This document shows, in pieces, positions 1 through 9,322 of a DNA stretch of 20,262 bases. A model generated the notes under the pieces. The model was not told the DNA's origin and ran no database searches. It saw only the letters and a program-made list of their open reading frames with translations. This stretch comes from an uncultured Bacteroidales bacterium (lineage in GTDB: Bacteria; Bacteroidota; Bacteroidia; Bacteroidales; JAGOPY01). A program made the position numbers and the translations under genes. The first letter of the stretch is position 1, and every line of letters starts with the position of its first letter. The stretch covers positions 1 to 20,262 of the forward strand of contig CAZXWD010000057.1 in the NCBI GenBank assembly GCA_964644135.1, given 5' to 3'.

Positions 1-453
1 AATATATCTGCGGCCCGTGTGCTTCACTGGATTTTCTGTTAAGAGTTTAACAAAAATAGTAAGTATAATAGTAAGTATTATGTTTCCAGGGCTTTGGAAG
101 AAAGGATATAATATAACTATCTAGATATCAATATTTAAAATAATGAATTGGCAGCAAATTTATATTGAATCTAAAGAGTTTCGGTGTACTTAAAATGTAA
201 TATACAAACGGGTTGCGCGGTTTGTATGTTATTGCTTTTACTTTGCGTTCCTTTGAGCCCCCGCCTGCCTTAGCAGTGCGGCTGGCAGGTTCGCGCCTTT
301 GTGGCTGACCCTTTATTTGCCATGAAAGCACTAAGCACGGCAATGTTAAATATTGCACTTTGGCAGCTACATCTCCACAGCCAAAATTAAGCGATACAAA
401 CCCTATCTTTCCGAAAATAACTTTATCCGGTGATATTTAAACTGATCCGTTTG

Positions 454-1377
454 CTAATCACCGCTATTGAAAAGCTCATCAACAGAGAAATAGCGTTCGC
501 CAGTATCGTAATTGAAGGTGAGTATCCGGGCGCCGGGGTCAATTTCGTTGATCTTTTTGTTAACGGCAGCCATGGAGGCACCTGTTGAAATACCTGCCAG
601 GATGCCTTCTTCGGCCGCGAGCCGCCTGGTAAATTCAAAGGCTTCTTCCTTGCTTACCTGTATGGTTCCGTCGAGGTACTGCGTGTAAAGGTTTTTGGGA
701 ACAAAGCCTGCCCCGATACCCTGGATAGGGTGGGGGCCCGGTTCCCCGCCACTTATAACAGGGGATAGTTCAGGTTCAACAGCAAATACTTTTACCGAAG
801 GGAATTTTTCCTGCAGGTATTTTCCAACGCCGCTGATATGCCCTCCTGTGCCCACACCTGTGATGAGGTAGTCAAAACCTTCGGGGAAGTCGGCCAGGAT
901 CTCATCCGAGGTAGCCCGGTAATGGATGTCAGGATTGGAAGGATTGTCGAACTGCATCGGTATCCAGGAGCCGGGTATGTTATTTGCTAATTCATTCGCC
1001 CTGGCAATGGCCCCTTTCATGCCTTCTGTTTTAGGGGTGAGTTCAAGTTCCGCGCCATAAGCAGCCACGATCCTTCGCCGTTCCAGCGACATCGACTCCG
1101 GCATCACAAGGATCAGCCTGTATTTTTTCACTGCAGCCACCATAGCCAGCCCGATGCCGGTATTTCCGCTGGTTGGTTCAATAATGACCGAACCTTCCTT
1201 CAAAACCCCGGCAGACTCGGCATCTTCTATCATTGCAAGGGCAATGCGGTCCTTGATGCTGCCTCCCGGATTGGCCCTTTCGAGCTTCATCCAGACTTCG
1301 TATCCCCGGGGATAAAGGTGGTTGATCCTCACGTGGGGTGTGCCGCCGACTGTCTGTAAAATATTTTCTGCCTTCAT
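454..1377 (-). CDS. cysK: cysteine synthase A (O-acetylserine sulfhydrylase), PLP-dependent
   Basis: 307-aa ORF. Carries the PLP-lysine region (NPGGSIKDR), the [10 protein letters not shown] glycine loop and GVGTGG, and is full length for the CysK/CysM family. Starts 17 nt after the cysE stop on the same strand. Confidence 0.93.
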   Translation of the reverse strand: MKAENILQTVGGTPHVRINHLYPRGYEVWMKLERANPGGSIKDRIALAMIEDAESAGVLKEGSVIIEPTSGNTGIGLAMVAAVKKYRLILVMPESMSLERRRIVAAYGAELELTPKTEGMKGAIARANELANNIPGSWIPMQFDNPSNPDIHYRATSDEILADFPEGFDYLITGVGTGGHISGVGKYLQEKFPSVKVFAVEPELSPVISGGEPGPHPIQGIGAGFVPKNLYTQYLDGTIQVSKEEAFEFTRRLAAEEGILAGISTGASMAAVNKKINEIDPGARILTFNYDTGERYFSVDELFNSGD

Positions 1378-1394
1378 ATCTTAGAAATTAGATG

Positions 1395-2300
1395 TTAAAT
1401 GATAAAATTTACCGGGTTTGCCTTTGTCTCTTTGTCCCTTACCTTGATCTTATTGTCGTGGTAAACAATACGGCCCGGGCCCACGCTTTTCGTAAGCCAG
1501 ACGTTCCCTCCTATTATGGTATCCCTGCCAATGGTGGTCTGGCCTCCAAGTATCGTACATCCGGAATATAAAATGACATTGTCTTCAATGGTAGGGTGAC
1601 GCTTTGTATCAGCAAGCTCCTTTTCAACGTAAAGAGCGCCCAGGGTAACGCCCTGGTATATTTTGACATTGTTCCCCACAACGGCTGTTTCACCTATAAC
1701 GATGCCTGTCCCGTGGTCAATAAAGCAATTCTTTCCTATTGCTGCCCCCGGATGTATATCGATGCCTGTCTTGGTATGGGCGTATTCAGTCATCACCCTG
1801 GGCAGCACCGGGACTTCCAGTTGATAGAGAATGTGTGCCAGGCGGTACACAATAAGCGCCAGGAAGCCCGGATAGGTCAGGATCACCTCTTCGAAACTCT
1901 CGGCGGCAGGGTCACAGCTTACAAAGAACCTTGCATCATCTAGCAGCCTGTCGTAAACTTCCGGTAATTCCTCAAAAAACCTTGAAACAGTTTCCTGTTT
2001 CGAATACTTAAGCGATGTATCCAGTGGCCCGAGCAGTTCACTGAAACGCTTCTTCAGGGAGATCAGCCGCAATTCAAGTTCGGCATCTGTAAGCGTACGG
2101 TTCTCTTTGATTGGAAAGAGAAGATTTACCATCTCCCTGGCCCAGCGCTGGGTTTCCTTGAGCGCAGGCACCTTGTTGCTCAGGCTGTTGTTCATCCTGA
2201 TGATCTTCCCGGCAAATTCATGCCCCGGGTCATATGCCTTTCCATCGTTCAATTTCATTTTGTCTCCTTTTACCATCAGAGATTTTAATCTTCTGATCAT
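1395..2300 (-). CDS. cysE: serine O-acetyltransferase, long form
   Basis: 301-aa ORF. The C-terminal left-handed beta-helix hexapeptide repeats (GIDIHPGAAIGKNCFIDHGTGIVIGETAVVGNNVKIYQGVTLG) and an N-terminal alpha-helical SATase domain are typical of CysE. It sits immediately upstream of cysK. The exact start is uncertain (alternative Met at codons 10 and 15). Confidence 0.9.
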   Translation of the reverse strand: MIRRLKSLMVKGDKMKLNDGKAYDPGHEFAGKIIRMNNSLSNKVPALKETQRWAREMVNLLFPIKENRTLTDAELELRLISLKKRFSELLGPLDTSLKYSKQETVSRFFEELPEVYDRLLDDARFFVSCDPAAESFEEVILTYPGFLALIVYRLAHILYQLEVPVLPRVMTEYAHTKTGIDIHPGAAIGKNCFIDHGTGIVIGETAVVGNNVKIYQGVTLGALYVEKELADTKRHPTIEDNVILYSGCTILGGQTTIGRDTIIGGNVWLTKSVGPGRIVYHDNKIKVRDKETKANPVNFII

Positions 2301-2449
2301 GAGTTAAACAAAGCTCAGAGGGTAATGTTTTTTAAAGGTTACCGGTGGAAATATTCCGGTAAAGGATTCCAGGGTAGCATTATCAGGTTGTCAGATTAAA
2401 CTGGTTCAGGTTAGTTCTAAAGATAGTTATTGCGCTGAAAAGCCATCAA

Positions 2450-3568
2450 TTACTCGGTTACAAAAATCTCTGAGTCCGGATGAAAAGCCAGCCAGGCAAA
2501 AGCAAAATGGTTGCCATGCGGAATTACAGTCAGTTGCTCCCCTTCATATTTTCCAGATATGCATTTTCCGGTGATATTCCAGGTTGACCCGGTTTGCCGG
2601 TCTCTGAAACCGTTGTCTGCTTTCTTAAAACGGAGTGTGTCGCCGTTGATTACCGGACTGAAAACCGTTACTGACCCAACTTTTTTTGACTCAGAGATAT
2701 TTTTCTCGTCCACAACCGAAACTGTTTTTGAGGTATAAAAAAGAACTATGGGGGTATTTTTAAAGCTATCGTTGATGACAGCCGTTTTATCGAAAGCAGA
2801 GAGCGGATAGATCTTGTATTCACCATCGATCCTTACGTCTATCACACGTTCCATCGCCGGCAGCCGGGGATCAACTTTACCTTGAAAAAGCCTTGGCTGC
2901 TTATTGGCCGGATCATCATATCCTGTGTATGGATTGGTCCCGTATTCGGTAAACTGGCCGGTTTCGGTGGATAATACCAGGCCATTGGGGTATGCATCAA
3001 AATATTCCTCCAGTGATATCAGCATGGAAGGAACCAGTTTTAACTCTGCACCGGCCAAAGAGCCTACAAGTGCCTGGCCTGTCAGTTGCTGCCACCAGCT
3101 TTCGGTTTGACGGTCCCACATCACCAGGTCGCTGTTGCGGAGCATTCCTGAAACACCAAAGTCAAGCAGATAGGATTTGCCTTTATATTCAAGCCGCCGG
3201 TCGTAAACCACTGCAGTATTGCAAAGCGGGCAGTAGGTGATCGAAACTTTCTTACCCCCTGCTTCATCATTCACAATTTCGTGATACATGAGTACACTGA
3301 GGGGATAGGCTTTGGCCTGTCCGTTGATTTCCAGGGCCACAACCGGTTCATGGCCAAAATAGGTATTGCCAGCCGTTTGCTGATCCCAGAATTTGGGGTC
3401 GTCGATTGGAGGTATTCCATCGGGGTTCAGCAAAGCTGTGAATTCATGAAGCGGCACAATGCGATTCGATGTGTCGGTTTTCCATTCTATTTCAAGGTTT
3501 TTAGGGTTTTTCTGTGCCATTGTTAAAAAAGGCAGTAAAAGAAGTGTTAATAAAATTGTCTTTGTCAT
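2450..3568 (-). CDS. secreted DUF3179-family protein (function unknown)
   Basis: 372-aa ORF with an N-terminal signal peptide (MTKTILLTLLLLPFLTMAQ). The conserved YCPLCNT motif and overall length fit DUF3179 as I remember the family; this was not checked against a profile. Confidence 0.6.
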   Translation of the reverse strand: MTKTILLTLLLLPFLTMAQKNPKNLEIEWKTDTSNRIVPLHEFTALLNPDGIPPIDDPKFWDQQTAGNTYFGHEPVVALEINGQAKAYPLSVLMYHEIVNDEAGGKKVSITYCPLCNTAVVYDRRLEYKGKSYLLDFGVSGMLRNSDLVMWDRQTESWWQQLTGQALVGSLAGAELKLVPSMLISLEEYFDAYPNGLVLSTETGQFTEYGTNPYTGYDDPANKQPRLFQGKVDPRLPAMERVIDVRIDGEYKIYPLSAFDKTAVINDSFKNTPIVLFYTSKTVSVVDEKNISESKKVGSVTVFSPVINGDTLRFKKADNGFRDRQTGSTWNITGKCISGKYEGEQLTVIPHGNHFAFAWLAFHPDSEIFVTE

Positions 3569-3570
3569 AA

Positions 3571-4038
3571 TTAAAAGTATTTATTGTATTCTATTCCGTT
3601 TGGTGGCGGGGGATCCTTGACGGCAGGCGTGTCAGCAGTTCGTAATGTTTCAAGCTCAACATGTATCCTTGCCGGTTTTGAAGTTTTTTTGCTGACCTCA
3701 GCCACTTTTTCAAGTCTTTCAGGAGTGAAAACAAAAAAGGAAATATCATTTTCTATGGCCCATTCGAGATAATCGTCATCTACAAATCCCATGATCATGA
3801 TGTGGCAGGCCTCTCTTTTAACTTCCAGGGCACGGCGGGCTTCTTCAACACTGAATACCGAGAAATGATCAACCCCACATTCCTCGATCATGGGAAGCAG
3901 ATCTTCGATCCCATGCCCATAAGCATTGGCTTTTATTACCATTGAGTATTTAACCCCCGGTCCGGCTTTCTCTTTCATAAACCGGATGTTGTTGTTCAGT
4001 GCGCTTTTGCTTAATTCTATGTATGATGTGAAAAGCAT
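3571..4038 (-). pseudogene. alr: alanine racemase N-terminal fragment (truncated after ~130 conserved residues)
   Basis: 155-aa ORF begins like a complete Alr (ALNNNIRFMKE...MVIKANAYGHG with the PLP-lysine; ...IHVELET). It then diverges into an unrelated tail and stops 2 nt before the DUF3179 start. About 200 aa of the TIM barrel and the whole C-terminal domain are missing, and no continuation exists in any frame. Confidence 0.7.
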
Positions 4039-4140
4039 GATTTTGTATTTTATCTGACTGGGGATAGGTTGGTATCGAGCTAATGTAATACCGTTTTCTC
4101 ATAAAAACTTAGATATTTCCTGATCTTTCTTTTTTAAGCA

Positions 4141-4449
4141 TTATTTCGTTATGGTGTAAAGCATAAAAAACCCAATAACTGCGAACAGGATGGCAATCCC
4201 CACTTTCATTTTGTCTTCCGGTATTGAACTCTGGATTTTAGCTCCAAGCTGCCCGCCAATGATCACGCCGGGTGCAGTAAAAATCAGCAGGTTCATTACC
4301 TTGTTATACGTTTCGGGACCTTCCTGAAAGAATGCGTAGAAATGGCCTGCCGATGCTACCAACATGGTAATTACCACCACAAAGATGGAAGTTCCCACGG
4401 CAACAGGCGGTGGTACTTTACAACGTGCTACCAAATTGTATTCATGCAT
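4141..4449 (-). pseudogene. C-terminal half of a TauE/SafE (TSUP, DUF81) family membrane transporter; N-terminal half absent
   Basis: 102-aa ORF matches the second 4-TM repeat of the TSUP family (PPVAVGTSIFVVVITMLVASAGHF...GGQLGAKI). No upstream continuation exists in any frame before the ATPase gene at 4609. Confidence 0.55.
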
Positions 4450-4608
4450 AGTTTATTCCTGTTCAATTGTGTGTAGTAGAATCTCTGGTAAATAAGTCGT
4501 TAGCAAAGCAAATCCTGACAAATTGAAGGTGTATTTTCCGGGAAGAAGTTTCAAATATCTAAGCTGATCCGGTATTTTGAATAACCGTATGGATGCTGAT
4601 CACAAATT

Positions 4609-6033
4609 TTAAACAGGATTGAACAGATCATCCAGTTGCAATTCATTTTGGACCAGGCCTGTGGAATAAATGTTTTTTCGCACTCCAAAGGTTGTTATCA
4701 TCGTCAGAAATACCGATTTGCGTGTTCCTGTTTCAGATTTAAAGGTCCCGATCTTGTTTCTTAATTCGGCTGCATATTTTTTAGAGATGGTGAACGGATT
4801 TATTGAAAATTTCATTTCACATAGATTGATAACCTGGTCGCGACGGTCGATGATAAGATCGACCTGAGTACCCTGTTCAGATGTTTTGCTTCTCCAGGAG
4901 GAAACTTTAGTATGAACTCCGCTAATTCCAAGAGATTGTTTAATTTGTGAAAGGTGATACAGGCACACCTGCTCAAAAGCATATCCGGTCCATGCCCTGT
5001 AGTTCGGAGTATCAATAAAATTTAACCAACTGGTATTATCTGCGTTTTTGTTTGGTTCAACGAATTTTAAATAGAAATGAGAATAAAAGTCAACCAATTG
5101 ATACAGGCTGTTCCTGGATTTTCTGCCAAAGGGAACATATTTTCTTATGAATCCACTATCTTCCAATTCATCCAAAATTCTTGTCGTGCTGCCTGCGTTG
5201 GGCAGACCTGAAAATCTTATGAGTTCATCCCTGTTTAATCCTTTTGATCGTTTGGCAAGTGCCCTGATAAGGCTCAGATGCTTTTCGTGGTTACTGAAAA
5301 GTGAGCGGTACAGATTATCAAATTCGTTACTCAGCAAACCTGTTTCGGAGAAGCATATTTTATCGATATTTTGCATCGCACTCAGCCCGGAACCTACTTC
5401 ATCCCAATAAAAAGGAATACCACCCAATGACATGTATAATTGAACGATCTGATACCGGTCAAGTTTTATGTTTTGTAATTGCAGAAGTTTTTCACATTCA
5501 TTTAATTTGAATGGTTCAAGCCTGATCTTTTTTGTGATCCGGTTGTGCAAGCCTCCCTTGTTATTGATAAGCTTGTTCGTCATCCAGGAAGTAGCGGAAC
5601 CGCAAACGATCAATAAAATATCATTTCGGGCAGAAGCCCAGCTATTCCAGAAGTGCTCAAGTGCCTGAAGAAAACTGGAATTGCGGGTATCAAACCAGGG
5701 CAGTTCATCTATAAAGACCACTTTTCTACCCTCCTGCGTTTCCAGCAAGCTGCTTAATTGAGAAAATGCTTTAAGCCAGTCACTTGCCGGCATAAATTCA
5801 TTAGCCTGAAACTGCTTTCCCAGCGCCAGATTAAAATTGGCCAATTGTTGCTTCATGGATGCATTGGCCAATGCGGTTGCCTGAAAGGTGAAATTATTTT
5901 TAAATGCATGCCGTATCAGGAAAGTTTTCCCAACCCTTCTTCTTCCGTATATAGCAACAAATTCTGTTTTTTTTGATAGAAGGGTTTCCTGGAGGTAAGA
6001 CAACTCTTTTTCTCTTCCAACAAATAATTGCAT
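4609..6033 (-). CDS. ATP-binding protein: archaeal-type AAA ATPase (PF01637-like) with a C-terminal DUF234 nuclease-like domain
   Basis: 474-aa ORF. Has a Walker A (YGRRRVGKT) and Walker B (VVFIDE). The C-terminal DLIIDRRD...INLCEMKF stretch is the PD-(D/E)xK-like DUF234 signature common in Bacteroidota paralog families. Confidence 0.8.
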   Translation of the reverse strand: MQLFVGREKELSYLQETLLSKKTEFVAIYGRRRVGKTFLIRHAFKNNFTFQATALANASMKQQLANFNLALGKQFQANEFMPASDWLKAFSQLSSLLETQEGRKVVFIDELPWFDTRNSSFLQALEHFWNSWASARNDILLIVCGSATSWMTNKLINNKGGLHNRITKKIRLEPFKLNECEKLLQLQNIKLDRYQIVQLYMSLGGIPFYWDEVGSGLSAMQNIDKICFSETGLLSNEFDNLYRSLFSNHEKHLSLIRALAKRSKGLNRDELIRFSGLPNAGSTTRILDELEDSGFIRKYVPFGRKSRNSLYQLVDFYSHFYLKFVEPNKNADNTSWLNFIDTPNYRAWTGYAFEQVCLYHLSQIKQSLGISGVHTKVSSWRSKTSEQGTQVDLIIDRRDQVINLCEMKFSINPFTISKKYAAELRNKIGTFKSETGTRKSVFLTMITTFGVRKNIYSTGLVQNELQLDDLFNPV

Positions 6034-6251
6034 GATAATTCAATTTGGCTGTAAATATATAACTAAACTATGTTATAGCCAAATAGAATTCCAGATATGG
6101 CTTTATGCTTATATTATTTCACGTTAAAGCCAAATTGAAATTCCTAACAGATTTATGTCCGCAGCCAAGTTCCATGTTAAGGATTATCTGAAAATATGAT
6201 CTTAAATTTATCAAAAAATAGTTACTCAAACATTCTGCACAAGCTGCGTCA

Positions 6252-7654
6252 TCACACATGCTCAATGTCACTGAAATCAGCAACAGTCTTGCTATCAGTG
6301 ACCAAATCTGAAAGTTGCAGTTTGTGGATGTCGTCAACACCATTGCTTCGGGCGAAAACTTTCAGTTCGTTGTTAATGGCGGTGTAAAAATTCACAAATC
6401 CTTTGACAGCTTTTGAGTGCAGGACCAATTTCCGGAGTTGCTCATTCTGGGTTGTGATCCCGACCGGACAGGTACCTGTATGGCACACCCTGGCCTGAAT
6501 ACAACCAATGGAGATAAGCGATGCCGTTGCCAGTGCAATCGCATCGGCACCCAAAGCCAGTGCTTTGGCAATATCTGAACTGTCTCTGAAACCACCGGTA
6601 ACGCATAGCGTCACCTCACTGTTTACTTTATCCAGATATTTACGCGCTCTGCGAATGACAAAAACAGGAGGAATCCCGACATTATCTTTTAAAAATCCTG
6701 GAGAAGACCCGGTTGCTCCACCGCGACAATCGAAGGTAATAAAATCCGGTTCAGCTTGCAATGCAAAAGCCAGATCGTCTTCAACATGCCCGGCCGCCAG
6801 TTTGATGCCCACCGGTTTACCATCAGTAATGTTTTAATATGGCTGACCATTTTCTTCAGGTCTACCAGACTATTCACCCCCGACAGTCTTCCCGGCGAAA
6901 CAGAATCCTCTCCCGCTTTCAAACCTCTTGTTTTGGCGATTTCTTCCGTGACTTTATGAGCCGGCAAATGACCTCCCAATCCGGGTTTTACGCCTTGTCC
7001 TATCTTTATTTCCACAGCATCTGCCTGTCGGATCGCATCATCATCATGCGAAAAAGCAGCCGTTCCCAGTTCATAAATATACTTTCTGGCCGCTTTTCGT
7101 GATTCAGGCAATAAGCCGCCTTCACCCGAGCACATGGCTGTACCGACCTGCGCAGAACCTGCTGCAAGCGCTACTTTGGCTTCTTTGGACAAAGCTCCGA
7201 ACGACATGTGTGAAACGTAAAAGGGCATGCTGAGCTCAAGCGGCTGCCGGGTAGTTTTTCCGATAAGGGTTTTGGTGTTCACCTCCACATCCTCATTCAA
7301 AGGCATTTTGTGTAATTGCGCACCCTTGAAGACGATGGTGTCCAACCCGGGGAATTTTTTTAAAGTACTCATGGCAGAGTTTTCGCTCTTTCCGCTTGCA
7401 GCGAGCTTCTGCACAGCAGCAATCCTTTTATCCTTGCTAAACCCTTCATTTTCAATAGTGCCGTCATCCTCAAATTTGGTGTACCAGTGCTGTCCGTCGC
7501 AAAAGGGTTTTGATTTGGAGTTTCCACAGCGGCAAAGTGCAAAAACGGCTTTCTTTACCGGAACAAAATTTCCGGCATCATTGGTGAGGCTTTTCAGGTT
7601 TTCAACTACTAAGGGGCCGTTTTTTGAAGTGCTTATTTTAATCTTTTCTGACAT
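6252..7654 (-). pseudogene. CDGSH iron-sulfur domain + FMN-binding glutamate-synthase-family (GltS domain-2-like) protein, interrupted by a single -1/+2 frameshift
   Basis: Two overlapping ORFs (6689..7654 and 6252..6812) cover the N- and C-terminal parts of one GltS-family protein. The N-terminal part has a CDGSH zinc-finger (CRCGNSKSKPFCDGQH). The reading frame switches at a T4 run at 6832-6835 (A4 on the coding strand). One extra A would give ...MVSHIKNITDGKPVGIKLAAG..., a continuous GltS-like sequence. Confidence 0.75.
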
Positions 7655-7736
7655 AAGCGTTAAATTTTTATGTTATAAAATAGCTGATTGATATTATTGA
7701 AGGCATAAGATGTTACTGTCAAAACCATTGTGTCAC

Positions 7737-8954
7737 TTATTCTTTTAGCCTTGTTTCAATTTTTATCTCCGAAAGCAGGGTTTTGTGCACCGGGCATTTG
7801 TTGGCAATTTCGAGCAAACGTTGTTGCTGCTTTTCATCCAGTTCGCCTTTGAGCTCGATGACCCGGGTGAAACGGTCTATTTTGGCTGAAGCGGAATTTT
7901 CACATTCACCACAATCCTCAGCATGAACTTTGCCGTGTTCTATGTGCACATTCACTTCCTCCACCTTCCATTTTTTGCGGTCGGCATACATACGGATGGT
8001 CATCGCGGTGCAGCTGGCCAGGCCTGCCGACACAAAATCGTAAGGTGTGGGGCCAAAGTCATTTCCTCCATAGCTTTCGGGCTCATCACCTGTTAAATAA
8101 TGATGGCCGGCTTTGATCTGAGTGGTGAATTTCTCCTCATTGCTTAAACTGGCCACTACCTGCATGTGTGTATCCGGCTTTTCATCCTCCCGAAAATCGA
8201 TATATCGTTTTGCCCAGTTGGCAATGACACCACCGATATAGTTAGAATCCTCTGCATTAGAAAGCAGGTGATCGGCGCCATCCAGCGAAACAAAGCTTTT
8301 GGGGTGTTTGGCGGCCTTGAAAATTCCGGCAGCATTGTCGATGCCCACGATTTTGTCTTGCGGTGAGTGTGCGATCAGGACAGCTTTCCGCAGGTTTTTA
8401 AGAACGGTAGACATATCCACGGCTTCCAGGTCGTCGATAAACTGCTTTTTGATGGTGAAAGGGCGGCCGCCGATGGAAACCTCCGCATAGCCTTTGCTGT
8501 TGATCTCTTCCAGGCCATGGGTGATCAGCCTGGTTACATGTTTTGGATCTGCCGGCGCCCCGATGGTGGCCACGGCAGATACCGAATCCATTTCGGCAGC
8601 AGCATACATAACCGCCGCCCCACCCAGCGAATGGCCGATGAGCAGCGAGGGTGCAGCGTAATTTTCTTTCAGGTAAGCAGCGGCTGTCTGCAGGTCCTGT
8701 ATGTTGCTGGAAAAATTGGTGTCGGCAAAATCGCCCTCGCTTTCTCCCAGTCCGGTAAAATCAAACCTCATGACGCCAAAACCCTCCCCGGTTAAAGCCC
8801 GGCTGATGTTGCGAATGGCCGAGAAATTTTTGTTACAGGTAAAACAATGGGCAAACAAAGCAAAACTAAGGGGTTTGCGGTCGGCAGGCAACTCCAGCCT
8901 TGCTTTCAGGGTAATCCCTTCGTTGTTTGTGAATTCTATTTTATTGGTTTTCAT
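7737..8954 (-). CDS. bifunctional alpha/beta-fold hydrolase / OsmC-Ohr family peroxiredoxin-like protein
   Basis: 405-aa ORF. The N-terminal ~260 aa is an alpha/beta hydrolase with the nucleophile elbow GHSLGG. The C-terminal ~140 aa is OsmC-like with paired Cys (SAGLASCTAMT ... ANKCPVH). Confidence 0.85.
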   Translation of the reverse strand: MKTNKIEFTNNEGITLKARLELPADRKPLSFALFAHCFTCNKNFSAIRNISRALTGEGFGVMRFDFTGLGESEGDFADTNFSSNIQDLQTAAAYLKENYAAPSLLIGHSLGGAAVMYAAAEMDSVSAVATIGAPADPKHVTRLITHGLEEINSKGYAEVSIGGRPFTIKKQFIDDLEAVDMSTVLKNLRKAVLIAHSPQDKIVGIDNAAGIFKAAKHPKSFVSLDGADHLLSNAEDSNYIGGVIANWAKRYIDFREDEKPDTHMQVVASLSNEEKFTTQIKAGHHYLTGDEPESYGGNDFGPTPYDFVSAGLASCTAMTIRMYADRKKWKVEEVNVHIEHGKVHAEDCGECENSASAKIDRFTRVIELKGELDEKQQQRLLEIANKCPVHKTLLSEIKIETRLKE

Positions 8955-9046
8955 GATAAAGAATTAATGAATTAACTGCTTCTATCAAAATAATCTAATC
9001 AGTTTGATTTTTCAAAAACGATTACGCTGTTGCATATAGATATCAA

Positions 9047-9322
9047 TTATTTTTCAATCGCAACCCCCTTCCAGAATGCCACCCGGCCTTTGATCCCTTT
9101 TGCCAGTTCACTGGGCTGGGGATAATACCAGGCCGCATCTTTGTTGATTTTACCATCCACTTCCAGATTAAAATAGGAAGCAGTGCCTTTCCACAGACAA
9201 ACTGTATGGGTTTGGGATTCAACAAGGTACTCCTTTTTTGCCGAATCGGCAGGAAAGTAACTATTTCCTTCCACATTAATGATATCATCGCTTTCGGCAA
9301 TGATCATAACAATGCGCTTCAT
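9047..9322 (-). CDS. DUF427 domain protein
   Basis: 91-aa ORF with DUF427 hallmarks (IAESDDIINVEGNSYFP...CLWKGTASYF...DAAWYYPQP...GRVAFW). Its start overlaps the DoxX stop by 4 nt. Confidence 0.8.
   Translation of the reverse strand: MKRIVMIIAESDDIINVEGNSYFPADSAKKEYLVESQTHTVCLWKGTASYFNLEVDGKINKDAAWYYPQPSELAKGIKGRVAFWKGVAIEK

Noticed and set aside
128-358. 76-aa minus-strand ORF in the cysK downstream region
   Set aside because: It has no start context, no recognisable family, and overlaps the GC-rich hairpin region. It is more likely non-coding.
1596-1943. 115-aa plus-strand ORF, and other 60-150-aa ORFs antisense to or overlapping confident genes (e.g. 423..638, 2107..2307, 2511..3526 set, 4670..5976 set, 6508..7691 set, 8166..8967 set, 9346..9643, 12865..13321, 13885..14157, 14424..14750, 16219..16631, 17412..17645, 18068..18470, 19800..20201)
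   Set aside because: They lie entirely inside better-supported genes on the opposite strand or in another frame, have no recognisable domains and have low-complexity compositions. They are typical shadow ORFs.
2301-2449. Possible riboswitch or leader upstream of cysE
   Set aside because: The 150-nt leader has no recognisable SAM or other riboswitch core motifs and little secondary-structure potential beyond a GGTAACC palindrome. It is treated as an ordinary promoter region.
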